Below are positions 36,470 through 48,859 of a stretch of DNA of 64,000 bases, piece after piece; the first letter of the stretch is position 1; every line of letters starts with the position of its first letter. Both the position numbers and the translations under genes were made by a program. The stretch covers positions 930,001 to 994,000 of the forward strand of contig NW_027117349.1 in the NCBI RefSeq assembly GCF_038025025.1. The letters run 5' to 3'. A model generated the notes under the pieces. That model ran no database searches, was not told the origin of the DNA, and saw nothing but the letters and a program-made list of their open reading frames with translations. Source of the stretch: Phyllosticta citribraziliensis. Taxonomy: Eukaryota.

Positions 36470-37602
36470 ATGAATCCGCCAGCATTACGAGCATTCAGGC
36501 CGTGCCAATTTCTTTGGAGGATACGCACTTCGCAAGCGAGACATTACGCTGTCCAAACCCCCGGTGCCCCAACCATCGAAGTCTTCAACCGTCGCGCCAA
36601 ATGGCTACACAAGGAACGAGCTGCTTCAGATGTGGAGAAGAGCCGGCAGGTTGACTATCTCAAGGATGAATCTGCTTTCAGACTGTGTGAGCGGCTGTTG
36701 GTAAACCTTCCAGCGACATGACGAGAGAAAACAACTAATGGCTCGTTCAGGACATCAACCGCCACTTTGACCGCGTTCTCGACCTGGGTGCCAACGCTTG
36801 CAACATTGGCCGCACTTTGACCCTCCCAGATCCCGACAAGGACTCGCTGAAACCAGTCCACGAGCCTCTTGCGGCCAAGATTGGCGAACTCGTTGCCGCC
36901 GACTCGTCCCCCACAATGCTCTACCGTGACGCCGATATGCCGTTCAACGACGAGCTCCAAATCACTCGCAAAGTGCTCGACGACGAAGAAAACCTTCCCT
37001 TTGAACCGAATTCCTTCGACGCTGTGCTGAGCAGCCTGTCTCTACATTGGATAAATGACCTGCCTTCGGTCTTGAAGCAGGTAAACAACATCCTGAAGCC
37101 GGATGCGCCGTTCATGGGAGTCATGCTCGGAGGCGACAGCCTGTTCGAGCTGCGGACAAGTCTACAGCTGGCAGAGCTTGACCGTCGCGGCGGCGTCAGT
37201 ACTCGCACTTCCCCGCTGGCCGATGTGCGAGACGTGGGAGGTCTGCTGCAAAGCGCTGGCTTCAAGCTGCTCACCGTTGATGTAGACGACATCGTTGTAG
37301 ACTATCCCAACATATTCTCTCTGATGACGGATCTACAAGCGATGGGCGAGTCCAACGCTGTGCTTGGTCGGGAGCCGGGCCCCATCCAAAGGGATGTTTT
37401 GCTTGCTGCCGAGGGAATCTACAGGGCTCTGCACGGCAACGATGATGCGGATGGCAGCCTGCCAGCAACTTACAGGCTCATTTACATGATTGGATGGAAG
37501 GACTCGCCACAGCAGCCTTCCCCTTTGCCTCGTGGAAGCGGCATGGTCAGCATCAAAGATATTCTAGAAGGCAAAAAGGATGGGGAGGGAGAAAAGAATT
37601 GA
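36470..37602 (+). CDS. NDUFAF5: Mitochondrial complex I assembly factor, SAM-dependent methyltransferase fold
   Basis: Exons 36470-36700 and 36751-37602. Presequence-like N-terminus; VDYLKDE, VLDLGANAC, SSLSLHWINDLP, LFELRTSLQLAE, DLQAMGESNA. Confidence 0.93.
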
Positions 37603-37901
37603 AGCTATGCGTGCAAGACATGCAATTCCAGCCAATTACACATTTGACAAACAGGCCATGTGCTCCTTCTTGGTTCTTTGACATGAAGTCTACGCGGTTC
37701 GGTTTAAAGGACATCCATCGAATCGGCTGCCGCTAGGCCAAGGTCAGTCAGGGCAGCATTAGCGAGGGCATACGTCACCGGCCCTTCATCCGCAACCACA
37801 GCTGCTTACCTTCGAGCAAAGAAACCCAGCAGCAACACCCAACTCTTCAGATTACTCTCTTCCTTCTTTTCCCAAGCATTTGCCAACTCCAAATTGCCAA
37901 G

Positions 37902-38645
37902 ATGAGCATCGATGCCATACTCTCCGGCTTCCATGTGCTCAAAGCCCTCAACAGGTACCACCCAGTTTCCAGCTAAGCCCATGCTCTCTTTGCACAAAAA
38001 CACAGAATGGAGCTGACGACCTAAAGCATCCACGGGCTTTACTACTGCGCCAAATCAATAACGAATTTGCAAAAATACGAAAAGAAGACGGAAAAGGCGG
38101 CAGAGTACTCGCAAACAGTAGCCGATGAGCTGCGCAAGACGCGGACGACGCAGGCCAGCGCGCTTGTTGCTGTGAGGCTCCCTCTCTCGCCCAATTCCAC
38201 CTGCACAACCCTTCCCCTTTAATCTGCTCGTTCTTCTTCTTCTCCTTATTCTAGGCAAGGCTACGATTTAACCCGCGCAGACCATCATCTCCCTCGGCGC
38301 CTCCCTCTACCTCAGCGCAACGCGCCTGCAGCCCCCGCGCTCTCCCTGGCCCGACCTCGCCCTCAACGCAGCCAACATCGCACTGCTGTACGGCGCGCGC
38401 GTCTACGTCAACGGCTTTTGGAAAGCCAAGGCCAAGGTGCCGTTTGTGACGGGCTACAACGAGGCCATTAGCAGCACGCAGAATATTATTGCGATTCTTG
38501 ATCGGTGAGTTGCTTTTGTTTTGTGTAATGAGGAAGGGTGCTGGGCAGAGTGCTAATTTTTGTTATGTGTAGGTCGTGGAGGGCGTGGTCGGGGACGCTC
38601 GTGTGGACGGGCGTTGTGGCGGTTGCGATTTGGCTGCGTTTGTGA
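37902..38645 (+). CDS. Small (164 aa) putative membrane protein, absent from the ORF track
   Basis: Exons 37902-37954, 38027-38171, 38281-38504, 38573-38645 join in frame through GT-AG introns: MSIDAILSG..LQKYEKKTEKAAEYS..RTTQASALVA..GFWKAKAKVPFVTGYNEAI..VAIWLRL. Confidence 0.8.
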
Positions 38646-38998
38646 GGCTGGCTAGGTAAGTAGGGCCAGAGTATTGGTGTTGTAAGAAGAGCTGCAGATC
38701 AACCAGCGCATGACGAAAGAGCGAGTGTGATTTTGTTGTCTGGAGGATTACGAAGGGATTTGAACTTTCCAGAAAATACATGGCATGAAGCAAAAGACAG
38801 CATTCGGTCATGGTTTTATCGATGACACCCGGACGGTCAAGTAGCTCACCAAAAATTCCGAGCCCCACCAGGGAGGGACCCCCACCAGCAGCCAGCATCA
38901 ACCCAGCTCTGCCCTCTCCCCGTCTCTTCCACAAACACCTCCCACATCACCACCAGCAACGAGCTTCAAGCCCACCACCCTTTGACTAATCCCCAAAA

Positions 38999-40203
38999 AT
39001 GCTACCCCGCCTCCTGCACATAACCTACCCCTCCACATCGACCGAGTCCGACGACCCAGCGACGTTCTTCTCGTCCGCGCTCGGCACCATCTTCAGCGAC
39101 GACCTGCGCAACCAGCACGGCGAGCCCGACGCCCTGATCACGTACCTGCCGTCGTCGCACCCAGCGTACCCCGCGATCGAGCTGCGAGCGGCGGACCCCG
39201 CGACGGAGGACGGCCGCCGGAAGTTTGCGCACTATCTGTGGAACGCGGGCGTGCTGATGGCGGAGCTGGTCGCTGGGCGGGGGCGAAGAGGAGGCAGCGT
39301 GGGAGAGGATGCGGAACGAGGGGAAGATGAGAGGCAGGAGAAGGATGGCGGCGCGTGGGTGCCGTTCCAATTGGCCGACAACAGGGCGTGGTGGGTTGGG
39401 CACGAGGAAGAGAAGCTGTGGAGCGTCAAGGGACACGCAGTGTTGGAGCTGGGGGCAGGTGCGTCGTCATCGCTGCAGTGCCTTGTTGGGACTTCGGCCG
39501 CTTGGCTTCAAGCAGGGAGAAGAAACGTTTGTGTGCGTTGATTCTGATGTTGGGCTCTTTTCTTTTGTAGGCGTCGGTCTGGCTGGCATCATGAGCGTTT
39601 TGGCGGGCGCTGAAGAGGTAGGTCGTTTTGCTTATCCCTTTCTCTAACTCGTTTTCTCCTTGCCATCGGCGTCTTTCAATTGCATACATACATTTAGTCG
39701 TCGGACTAGGTACTAAAAGGCCATCGCAGGTGGTCATTTCAGACTACCCGGCCCCAGAGATCCTTCAGAACCTGCGCTCCAACGTATCGACCAACATCCC
39801 CGCCCATCTGCGCTCCAAGGTCGCCGTCGAGGGCCACGCATGGGGCGACGTGACGTCGACGTTCCCTGCCGCCAGCGCCGCCAAGTTCACGCGCATCCTG
39901 GCGGCCGACTGTCTCTGGATGCCGCACGAGCACCTCCACCTGGTGCGCTCGATGCTGCACTTCCTGTCTCCGGCGGCTGACGCGCGCGTCTTTGTGATTT
40001 CTGGCTTCCACACGGGCCGCGCGCGCATGGCGGCGTTTTTCGACGTCGCCGCCGACGAGGGGTTGCTGGTTGAAGACGTGTACGAGATGGATGCCGAAGG
40101 GAGACGGAGGGAGTGGGCGAAGGAGAGGGACGGCGGAGCTGAAGACCACGGCGAGAGGAACAAGTGGCTCGTGTTGGCGCGGCTGAAGCGGAGCAGCGCT
40201 TGA
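38999..40203 (+). CDS. EFM7: Protein N-terminal/lysine methyltransferase (Efm7/Nnt1 family)
   Basis: Exons 38999-39458, 39571-39617, 39730-40203. Motifs FAHYLWNAG, VLELGAGVGLAGI, VVISDYP, GHAWG, ILAADCLW. Confidence 0.85.
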
Positions 40204-40253
40204 ACTCCCCAAACACCATACCATCCATATACTAACCGGGCTCTTCTCCATCA

Positions 40254-41066
40254 TCAAGCAGCGGCCTTCCTCCTAAACACCAACGAGCACACCTGCTGTC
40301 CCGTCTTGCCACCAAAGGTAAAGCTGGGATACGCAATGGCGTCTTCGTAGGCCAGCTCGCCGCCAGGGACGTCGAACCAGCCCTTCAGCTCGTCGGCGGT
40401 CCAGTTGCAGCTCGTAATCAGCAGCGCGCCGCCGGGCTTGACCAGCGGCTCGACCTTCTCGCGGTAGCCCTCGCACACGCGGCGGCCCTGCGCGTCCGTC
40501 TCGCCGCTCAGGCTGATGGCGTCGAAAGTGCCCTTGTCGAGCACCACGTCGAAGCCGCCTGCTGCCCACGGGCCCGGCGCTGCGCCTAGAATGTCGAACT
40601 CTTCAAACTCAATGTCGTCCGCTGTCTCTTCTTCTTCTCTTTCTTCTTCGTTGCCGTTGCCATTGTGACCCAGGCCCTCCTGCTTCCTCGCCTCCTGTAT
40701 CCTGCGCGCCAACTCGACGCTCCGTGTGCTGTAATCCACGCCGACCATGCGCCCGCCCCACCCATCATCGCGCAGCGCAAACAACAAGTGCCCGTTCCCC
40801 GTCCCCAGATCCAGAAACGACGTTGCCTCTCTCTCCTCGCGCTCCTTCACCAACCTCCCCTCGTCCGCCCAGTCCTCCAGAAACCCGCACACGCGCTCCT
40901 CGGCCCCGGCGTCCGCGAACCAGATTGTGCCCTCGTCCGCTGCTCCGCTCTCGGCGTGGTTTGAGATTTCGCGCTCGTACGCTGTGTCCCAGTATGCGCG
41001 CGTGCCGAGGGCGGACGGGTCGAGGTGCGTTGGGCGGTCGGGGTCTGCTGTCGTCGACGATGCCAT
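40254..41066 (-). CDS. EFM4: eEF1A lysine methyltransferase (Efm4/See1)
   Basis: Single exon. Motifs PSALGTRAYWD, EGTIWF, LDLGTGNGHLL, GVDYS, VVLDKGTFDAISL, ITSCNWT, YPSFTFGGKTG. Confidence 0.95.
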   Translation of the reverse strand: MASSTTADPDRPTHLDPSALGTRAYWDTAYEREISNHAESGAADEGTIWFADAGAEERVCGFLEDWADEGRLVKEREEREATSFLDLGTGNGHLLFALRDDGWGGRMVGVDYSTRSVELARRIQEARKQEGLGHNGNGNEEEREEEETADDIEFEEFDILGAAPGPWAAGGFDVVLDKGTFDAISLSGETDAQGRRVCEGYREKVEPLVKPGGALLITSCNWTADELKGWFDVPGGELAYEDAIAYPSFTFGGKTGQQVCSLVFRRKAAA

Positions 41067-41862
41067 AGCGTTGGTGGGTTGTGGGTTGCAGTGCTAGTGG
41101 GCGGAGCAGGAGGTGATGTCGGCGCAGAGGCGGTTCTGAGATCCGATGGAAACGTTGGGAGTGCGGTCGGACAGTTTTCTGTTGAGGTTGTGGCAGGCAA
41201 GGTCTTCCGCGGGTTTGTTGTTTGTGGACTGCTCGACGACGCGTCGACGGGGAATTTTTTCGCCAAAATTCCGCTCGCTGTCCCCCGCGCGGGGCATGTC
41301 GGCCCATCGGCATGCCGACCTGGCCCGAGGCGGACCCAGGTAGCCGCCGACGGGATCGACCGCGAGCCGAGTCCTAGACGGGACGCTGGGTGCAGGACAG
41401 CAACGGCATCCACCAATGTCACGACGACTAGAGCTGACGACGAGAACGGCTCTATTCAGAATAAGCCTTCTGTGCCATGTGGCCCACATCCGCCTGTAGG
41501 GATTAAAACATTTGCCTTTCTCGGCCAAAAGCTTTTCGAGCCTGGGTGCATCCATCCCGCTCGCTCCACGCCGGTGTGCGTCATGATAAGGGTACGTATA
41601 CTTTGCATACCTACTACACACTCTGCCGTATCTGCACCCTAGAAACGCACGGCTGCTGCGATGCGGTTTGCTTCGTTCAGAGACTCGGCCTGACTGCAAA
41701 CACACCAAGAAACTCGGCCGAAAAAGACGTGACGATAATACCAGATAATCTCGACTCGTAAGACCCAACCCCCGAATGCTTGCGCATCCACCAACATACA
41801 TATGCAATGCTGCATGCCTGCCTACCTGCCTTCTACTGTAGAACACCCCCCAAAGCCACCGG

Positions 41863-44800
41863 TTACCGAGACCGCCCCGTCGGCACCTCCGTCTCGACCA
41901 TCTCCAGCCCGCTCAACGACGGATACCGCTTGGTGAAGCGCTCTTCCCATTCGTCTGGATCGGCGTTCAACACCACGTTGCCCAGCTCGCTGCCGTCACC
42001 AAAACCCACCGGCGCGCCCTCTTGAATCGGTCTGCCGGCCAGCGCCGACGGTTTCGACGCCAGCGGCGGCAGATCGTCGCCCTGTCCGCCGGTCCTCAAC
42101 GCCTTGGGTTTGGGCGGCGCCGTGGGCCGCTGGCCAGTCGGTTGTCTGCCAACGCCTGGACCGGCAGCAGCAGCAGTGCCTCCAGCGGTGGGAGGGCGGT
42201 CCGCCGATTGCTGCGGGGCTCTGACTCTTCCGTACGTCAGTTCCTGTACGGGCGCCCCCTGCGGCAGGGCGACTGGTTTCTTGCCCACGCTTGGCTTTTC
42301 GCCTGGACGCACTTCTCCGTCCTTTTCCGTGAAGCGACCGTACCCAGATGCTGTGCGCTGCGGACTCGTCGCCTGGCTATCATGCAGCAAGCTCTTGACG
42401 CGATCCTGGATGGTCGACGCCTTGGACGGGCCCCCTGCCCCGCTGCTGGAGCTGCGGCCGCGCCCTGTTTCCCCCTGTTCTGCCAGCCGCTTGCGGTACT
42501 CGGCGGCCGCTTCGGCGACGCGCTTTTCCTCGGCGCTCAGACGGCGGCGCTCAAGCTCGCGGCGCACTTCCGGGGGCAGGTCTTGCGTCTCGTCAATGGC
42601 CGTCTCGTCGTCGGAGCGCTCGCCAGTGACCACTGACCCGGCGATGGTTGTAAGAGAAGTTTCCATCCTTCCGGTGCGCTCGTACTGCGGGCTGGGTGGC
42701 TCAAAGTCTTGACTGGAGGGCCGACCTTCGTTCCCGGCTTCGAAGCGGCGGAAAGCGTCGCCAAACTTGCCCGCCAGTATCGATTTTGTGTTTGACAGCG
42801 AAGGAAAGCTGGATCGTTTGGAGTGCTTGCTCGCGTTGCTAGCGGAGCGGCGATGGGACTTGTGAGTCCGCTTGGAATTGTCGCCATCGTCTTCCAGCGC
42901 GCGGAGAAAGTCGACGTTGGAAGCAATGTTGTTCTCCTGCTCCCACTCGTCTGCCGAGGGCGCTGATTTGACACGGTTGAGATCCGGCTCCGTGTCGATC
43001 AAATTGCCAACCCTATTGCGAGATGCCTCACGATCCCGAAGGAACTCGATGCTGGATTCTACATGCAAGCTGGTTGGTCTTGCTCGGGAATTTGCCGACT
43101 TGGACCTGCTGATCGGATCGTTCCAGTTAATGTCCAGGGCCGATGGTCTCGATCCTTCTAGTGAGGGCCTAGAAGAAGCGGGAGACTGAGGCAGCGGGAG
43201 TGCATGAGTTTGAGATTTGGATCGGTGGGCCTCGAGGTAGGTCGGACGCTGTAACTCGGGCTTCAAAGACGACGTGGAAGTCACATGGCGGGGCTCTTCG
43301 CCAGGTTTGTGGGATCCAAATTCCTTTTGGAATGGGGACTGGGTCCCTGGTGCTGGGAAGCGGTAAATAGGACGAGAGCTGACTTCGGGGTATTTTGTCG
43401 ATTCCGGAGGGGACGGCGAAGACGGAGGAGAAGTCATGGTGCCAGTAGAAACCATCGCAGAACGTTGTGGTTGCGGTTGGTAGATCTGCGATTGCGGACG
43501 TCTTGGCTCTTCCCTCGGAGGAAGCTTCTGCGCTGTTGTACGAATCGTCTCATTCTTGGAAGCTGCAGCAGATGCCGCAGCCGAAGCTGCCGCTGAAGCC
43601 TTTGCAGAAGCAGCTTGGTCCACGTTTTGCGGTGATCGAGCGGAGAAAACCTCGTCTGCCAGTGCCTCGGTGACGCGCTTATTCGGCAGCTCTTGCTTGG
43701 GCTCGGCAGCGGATTGTTGGGAAAAGTTGAACTTGCCACCGCGATCGTGAAGCAGCGAAAACTCATCCAACGATGGGAATCTCGAGGCTAGCTCATCGGC
43801 CGCTGCCCCTCTGACAGATGGATTTGCAGAATCAAGAGCTGCAAATGGGTCGGCACCAGGCCCAGCTGCTCTCTTCATGGGCGAAGGGCTTGTGCGAGGA
43901 GTATGCTTTGGAGCTGGCGCAGTAGGCCTTCCTCGCCTCATGGGCGTAATTTCTGGCAAGGCCTGGACCTGCTGTACCGGTGCCTCCTTCGTAAGACCAA
44001 TCATAGGCGGCGATGCGGATGGCGGCTCGGGAGACGGCAGCTGCTGATTGTTGCGGGCTTCCGATGCAGTTCTACTCGAGTAAATCTGGCATTGTTAGAA
44101 AGATTCAAAATGATTTCGATGACCTTACATCTTTCACTGGGCATTCTGTGTTGCGCATGGCGCAAACCTCACGGAGGACTTGGTAAATGTTGGGTCGTTT
44201 TGCAGGATTTTCCCTCAGCATCGATCCTGGTCCGCGGTCAGTCTGCGCTTTGCTTCATCTCATCCAATTCCGTACCTATCAAGGCCTTGAGGCGTTCCGA
44301 AAACGAAGGATAATGTGGGAATTTGTAGGTTGCATTGAGTATGGCCATTTGTCCCTGCTCTTCAAAGGGAGTCGTGTAATAGCACAGCTTGTACAAGAGG
44401 ACGCCCAGCGCCCATATGTCGCTCTTTTCATCGATTGGCTGCCGGCGGTAGACGTCAATCATTTCCGGGCTGCGGTACTGCATGGTTGTATGCTTTTGTA
44501 TGTCATCCTCTATCAGACGTCCCTCGGCGGCGTTGGCCGCGGCAGGCCTAGGTGGGGCGGTGGAGCCAAAGTCGCAGAGCTTGTAGACCTTGGAGGATCC
44601 AGCGTAGGATATGAGGACGTTTTCGACCTTGAGGTCGCGATGGAGAAGCGGCGGCTTGAGGTAGTGCATGCAGGCGACGCCTTCTGCAACGTCTCCAAAG
44701 ATCTTGAGAATTTCGGGCTCGGTGAGGCGGTGCTGGAGGCGGGTGTTCATGAAATCGATCAATCCTCCACCCTGGCAGTATTCCATTAACAGAAAGACTT

Positions 44801-45204
44801 CATAGCCGGACGAGTCTTTCAATTGAGACGCTAGTAGGGCATAAGTACGCTTTGTCGTGAGCAGCGGCAGCCGGGCAAAACTGACCATGCGAGTCTATGT
44901 ATGTGACAATCTTGCGGTGGCCCTTGAGCTTCTTCATGGTCTCAACCTCGGTCCTCATGTTCGCGAGCGCCTCCTTGTCAGGCACAGCTACTCTCTTCAG
45001 CACCGCCGTCTCTTGCTTTCCTCCAGCTGCCTCATACCGCACGCGATAGACATGGGCAAAACCGCCCTCGGCGAAAAAGGCCTCGACAACGACCCTATGG
45101 TTGCCGACTTGTACTTTGGTGCCTGGTTGGAAGACGCCCGGGGCTCTTGGTTGAGAGAAGGCGCCAGCAGGGCGACTGACGGCGGCGGGAGGGAAATGCG
45201 ACAT
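41863..45204 (-). CDS. ARK1: Ark1/Prk1 (NAK) family Ser/Thr kinase with long disordered C-terminus
   Basis: Exons 45204-44886, 44830-44276, 44226-44129, 44085-41863. Motifs [49 protein letters not shown] motif in the tail. Confidence 0.9.
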
Positions 45205-46905
45205 GACAGCCTGCCCGGGAGCAAGAGGAGATGTTGCAGGTTCACGGGGCCGACATGGGCTTGCTGCTGGCGAATGCGACGGGGTTGGAGAGCGAGGTAG
45301 GTGTGTCTGTACCTAGGAGTGTGGATAGGTGCTGTAGCTTGGGTCCCGCGGCGGCGTTGGCCATGCGGTGCTTAGATCGTCCCTCGTCCCGCCGCATGCC
45401 CGCCCCACGCCAGAAAGGGACCCAAGCCAGATGGCCACTCTCCTGCCATCAATCATCTGCAATGACGACGACCAGCCTCAAAGGAGGCTCCCACGGCTCA
45501 CAAAATCACGAATGGCTACTTGAAGCAATGAGGCTGCCGGCTCAAATGCTGGGAAAACACTGAGGTGGGCTTTGCAGCACCACTGACAGCCTGCGGAGCT
45601 CGGTGGCCCCCGCAAGGACGCGTTCCCCTGGTCCCAATCGCCCAGGATCGCACATCAAGCATCCTGTTATTATTCCACAACCACCCACCACATGAGCAGC
45701 GAGCGCGGCTCTGGCCCGACCCTTGTTTGCCGCAGGATGGGACAGGGCAGTCAGCCGGGCTGGCGGTGGTATGCGCTTGGCGCACACGGGCATTGGTAGA
45801 GAGTGTCGCAGTCGCCCTGGACGAGCAGAGACACGAGTTTTGAGACGTGCCGCAGCGACTGACGTAGGGCGCGGCGCCGAAGCGGGTACACGTACAATGG
45901 GATGGGGAAACAACATGGCGAGGTGCAGAGCGTGTGCAGAGGGTTGCGCGTTTGGCGACAAGGCTGAGGAGCGTGGCTTGTAGGGTCGAGTCACCAGTTC
46001 CCCCCCTCTGCCTAAGTACATGGAGTTTCATGCACATTCGGGCGACTTGGGGAGTTCGTACGAGGCCAAGGCAGAGAGGCAGCGTGACCATGAAGGATGG
46101 GATCAAAGTGTCAGCGCGCCTTAGCGCTCCACAGGACGCCTCTTTCGCATGCGATGATGCAACAAGGCCAGAGAAAGGGGAGTCGACGTCTACCTTGGTT
46201 GCTGCAATGTCGTGCATGCTGTGATTGGGTTGAGGTTTGAGACGACCACCGCAGACCACAGCACACATTGTCTGTACCCTGCGCATACATTAGCTTCACC
46301 CAAACCCTCTCTCAGCCGCGCCCCCCAAACCCCTCCCAAGAGCCAAACGCGCTGCCAAACGCTCAAGTCGACCTCTTGTTCTTCCTGCTCGCGCCCCGCC
46401 CTGACTGGACGCGCTACTCCTGGCTAGCACCCGAGTGGTAGAGTGGTAGTGCGGTGGTCTCGTGTGCAGTGCAGCGCCGGCACACGGCAGTCCCTGGGCC
46501 TCAGCTGGCAGTCGTCCCTACCCAACCACTTTGACTCCCTTCCCGCCAACATCGTCACCACCGCCCCAGCAACCACCACCACCACCCTCGCCAACCCACC
46601 TACCCGACCCACCTATTTACCTCGTCGTCCTCCCCACCATATCGCAACCCTCGACCTCGACCCTCCTCTCCCTCGTCGACCCTGCCTCGTTGCTCCGATC
46701 CCGCGACTCGACCTCCACGGTCCTCGATCGCTTGCGCTGCCGAATCGACTCGTTTCGCCGACGTCCTGACGCCGCTTGCAAACACGAATCGCACTGAGCG
46801 CCTGGAATCTCGACACGTCCACCCGCGTCTGACCGATAAATCACCTCCTCCCTGAAGTCCGCTCCGCCTCGTTCCCCCATTCTCCCAACCCACACAAGAT
46901 CCGCC

Positions 46906-48859
46906 ATGCTGCGCTCACGTCGACAAGAACGTGTGCCCGGTGGCCGCTACAGCTCCGAGTCGTCGGCCTCGACGTCACCAGAGCGGGGCGTCGACGATGA
47001 CGGAGACTCGTTCATGCTGCAGCCCAATGACTCGCAATCCTCTGTCAACTCGTCAACATCACAAGACCTCGACGCTCTCTACGCCCGGGAAATGGAAGAA
47101 CGATGCCGCCTCTCGCCCATAAGCCGCCTGCCTGCCGAGCTCATGATTGCCATTTTCGCAAAACTCTCCTCCCCCAGCGACCTCAAGAACTGCATGCTAG
47201 TCGCCAAGGACTGGTCCAGGAACAGCGTAGGATTGCTGTGGCACCGGCCGCAAACCAGCAAGTGGCCAAATCTGCAAATCGTGGCGCAGGCCATAAGGAA
47301 GGTTGACAGCTACTTTGACTACGAGCCTTTGGTCAAGAGGCTGAACCTCTCCAACCTGGGCGCCGAGGTTAGCGACGGCACGCTGCACCCCTTCAATGGA
47401 TGCAAGAGGATCGAGCGCTTAACTTTGACCAACTGCAACAAACTGAGCGACCAGAGCCTCGTGGCCATGCTGGAGGGTAACCGCAGTCTCCTGGCCTTGG
47501 ACGTTACCGGCATTGAGAACCTCACTGACCGCACCATTTACGCCTTGGCCAACAACTGCATGAAGCTTCAGGGCCTCAATGTCACAGACTGCAGGAAGAT
47601 CACTGACGAGTCTTTGGAGGCCGTGGCGCAGCACTGCAGAAATCTGAAGAGGGTAAGTCTGTAATGTTGAATTTGCGAGACGAAGCTGACAACCCAAAAG
47701 CTCAAGTTCAACAACTGCTACCAGCTGACCGACAAGTCCATTATGGCTTTTGCCAACAACTGCCGCTACATTCTCGAGATTGACCTCCACAACTGCAGGA
47801 TTCTGGAGGACGCATCGGTGACCGCGCTCTTGAAGGAAGGTCGCTACCTGCGAGAGCTTCGCCTGGCACACTGCATGCGCATCACGGACCACGCATTCTT
47901 GAGCCTTCCCTCTGATGCCACTTATGACAGCTTGAGAATCTTGGATCTCACTGATTGTGGTGAGCTCACCGACACTGGTGTTCAGAAGATCATCTCGGCA
48001 GCACCACGCCTCCGCAACCTCGTTCTTGCAAAGTGCCGCCAAATCACAGACCGCGCCGTCGCTGCCATCACCAAGCTAGGAAAGAACTTGCACTACATTC
48101 ATCTGGGCCACTGTTCTAGAATTACGGATGCCGGAGTGTTGCAGCTAGTCAAGATTTGCACCAGGATACGGTACATTGACCTTGCTTGCTGCCAAAACCT
48201 GACAGACAGATCGGTTGAACAGCTCGCCACTTTGAGCAAGCTGAAGCGCATTGGCCTGGTCAAGTGTGGTAACATCACAGACAGGAGCATTGCGGCGTTG
48301 GCAAGGCAGAAGCATACCGGTCAAGTTGGACAGGTGCTGCCCAGCTGCCTTGAAAGAGTGCACCTCAGCTACTGCACACTGTTGACCCTCAACGTAAGTT
48401 TGATTATCCTCTGGACACGGGGCATTCGTTGACAGCGATTTCAGGGAATCCATGCTCTGCTCAACAACTGCCCTCGCCTCACGCATCTTAGTTTGACTGG
48501 AGTCCAGGCCTTTTTGCGTGAAGACTTGCTTGTCTTTTGCCGAGAGGCTCCTCCAGGTGAGTACATTTGGACCGAGACCAGACAATATCTAACAGTCCCC
48601 AGAATTCAACGAGCACCAACGCGACGTATTCTGCGTCTTCTCAGGCAATGGCGTCACGCGCCTGCGAGACCATTTGAACCAGGAAGAAACGAATCCGCCC
48701 TACGAAACCGACGGAACCATGTACGACGACGGCGACGACGCAGATGTCATCAACGTGAACCAGCAACTCCCAGCCATGATGGGCGCCACAGTCATTGGCG
48801 AAGAAATGGACGAGGATCTTGGCGAAGGCTTCGGCGAGGGCAGCGAATTCATGGGCTGA
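46906..48859 (+). CDS. GRR1: SCF F-box/leucine-rich-repeat protein
   Basis: Exons 46906-47652, 47701-48393, 48445-48556, 48603-48859. F-box ISRLPAELMIAIF..LLWHRP, multiple cysteine-containing LRRs, FCREAPPEFNEHQRDVFCVFSG. Confidence 0.95.

Noticed and set aside
15783..45204. Cytoskeleton cluster (ARPC5, dynactin p62, Ark1 kinase)
   Set aside because: Genes are 6-17 kb apart with unrelated genes between them; chance is sufficient.
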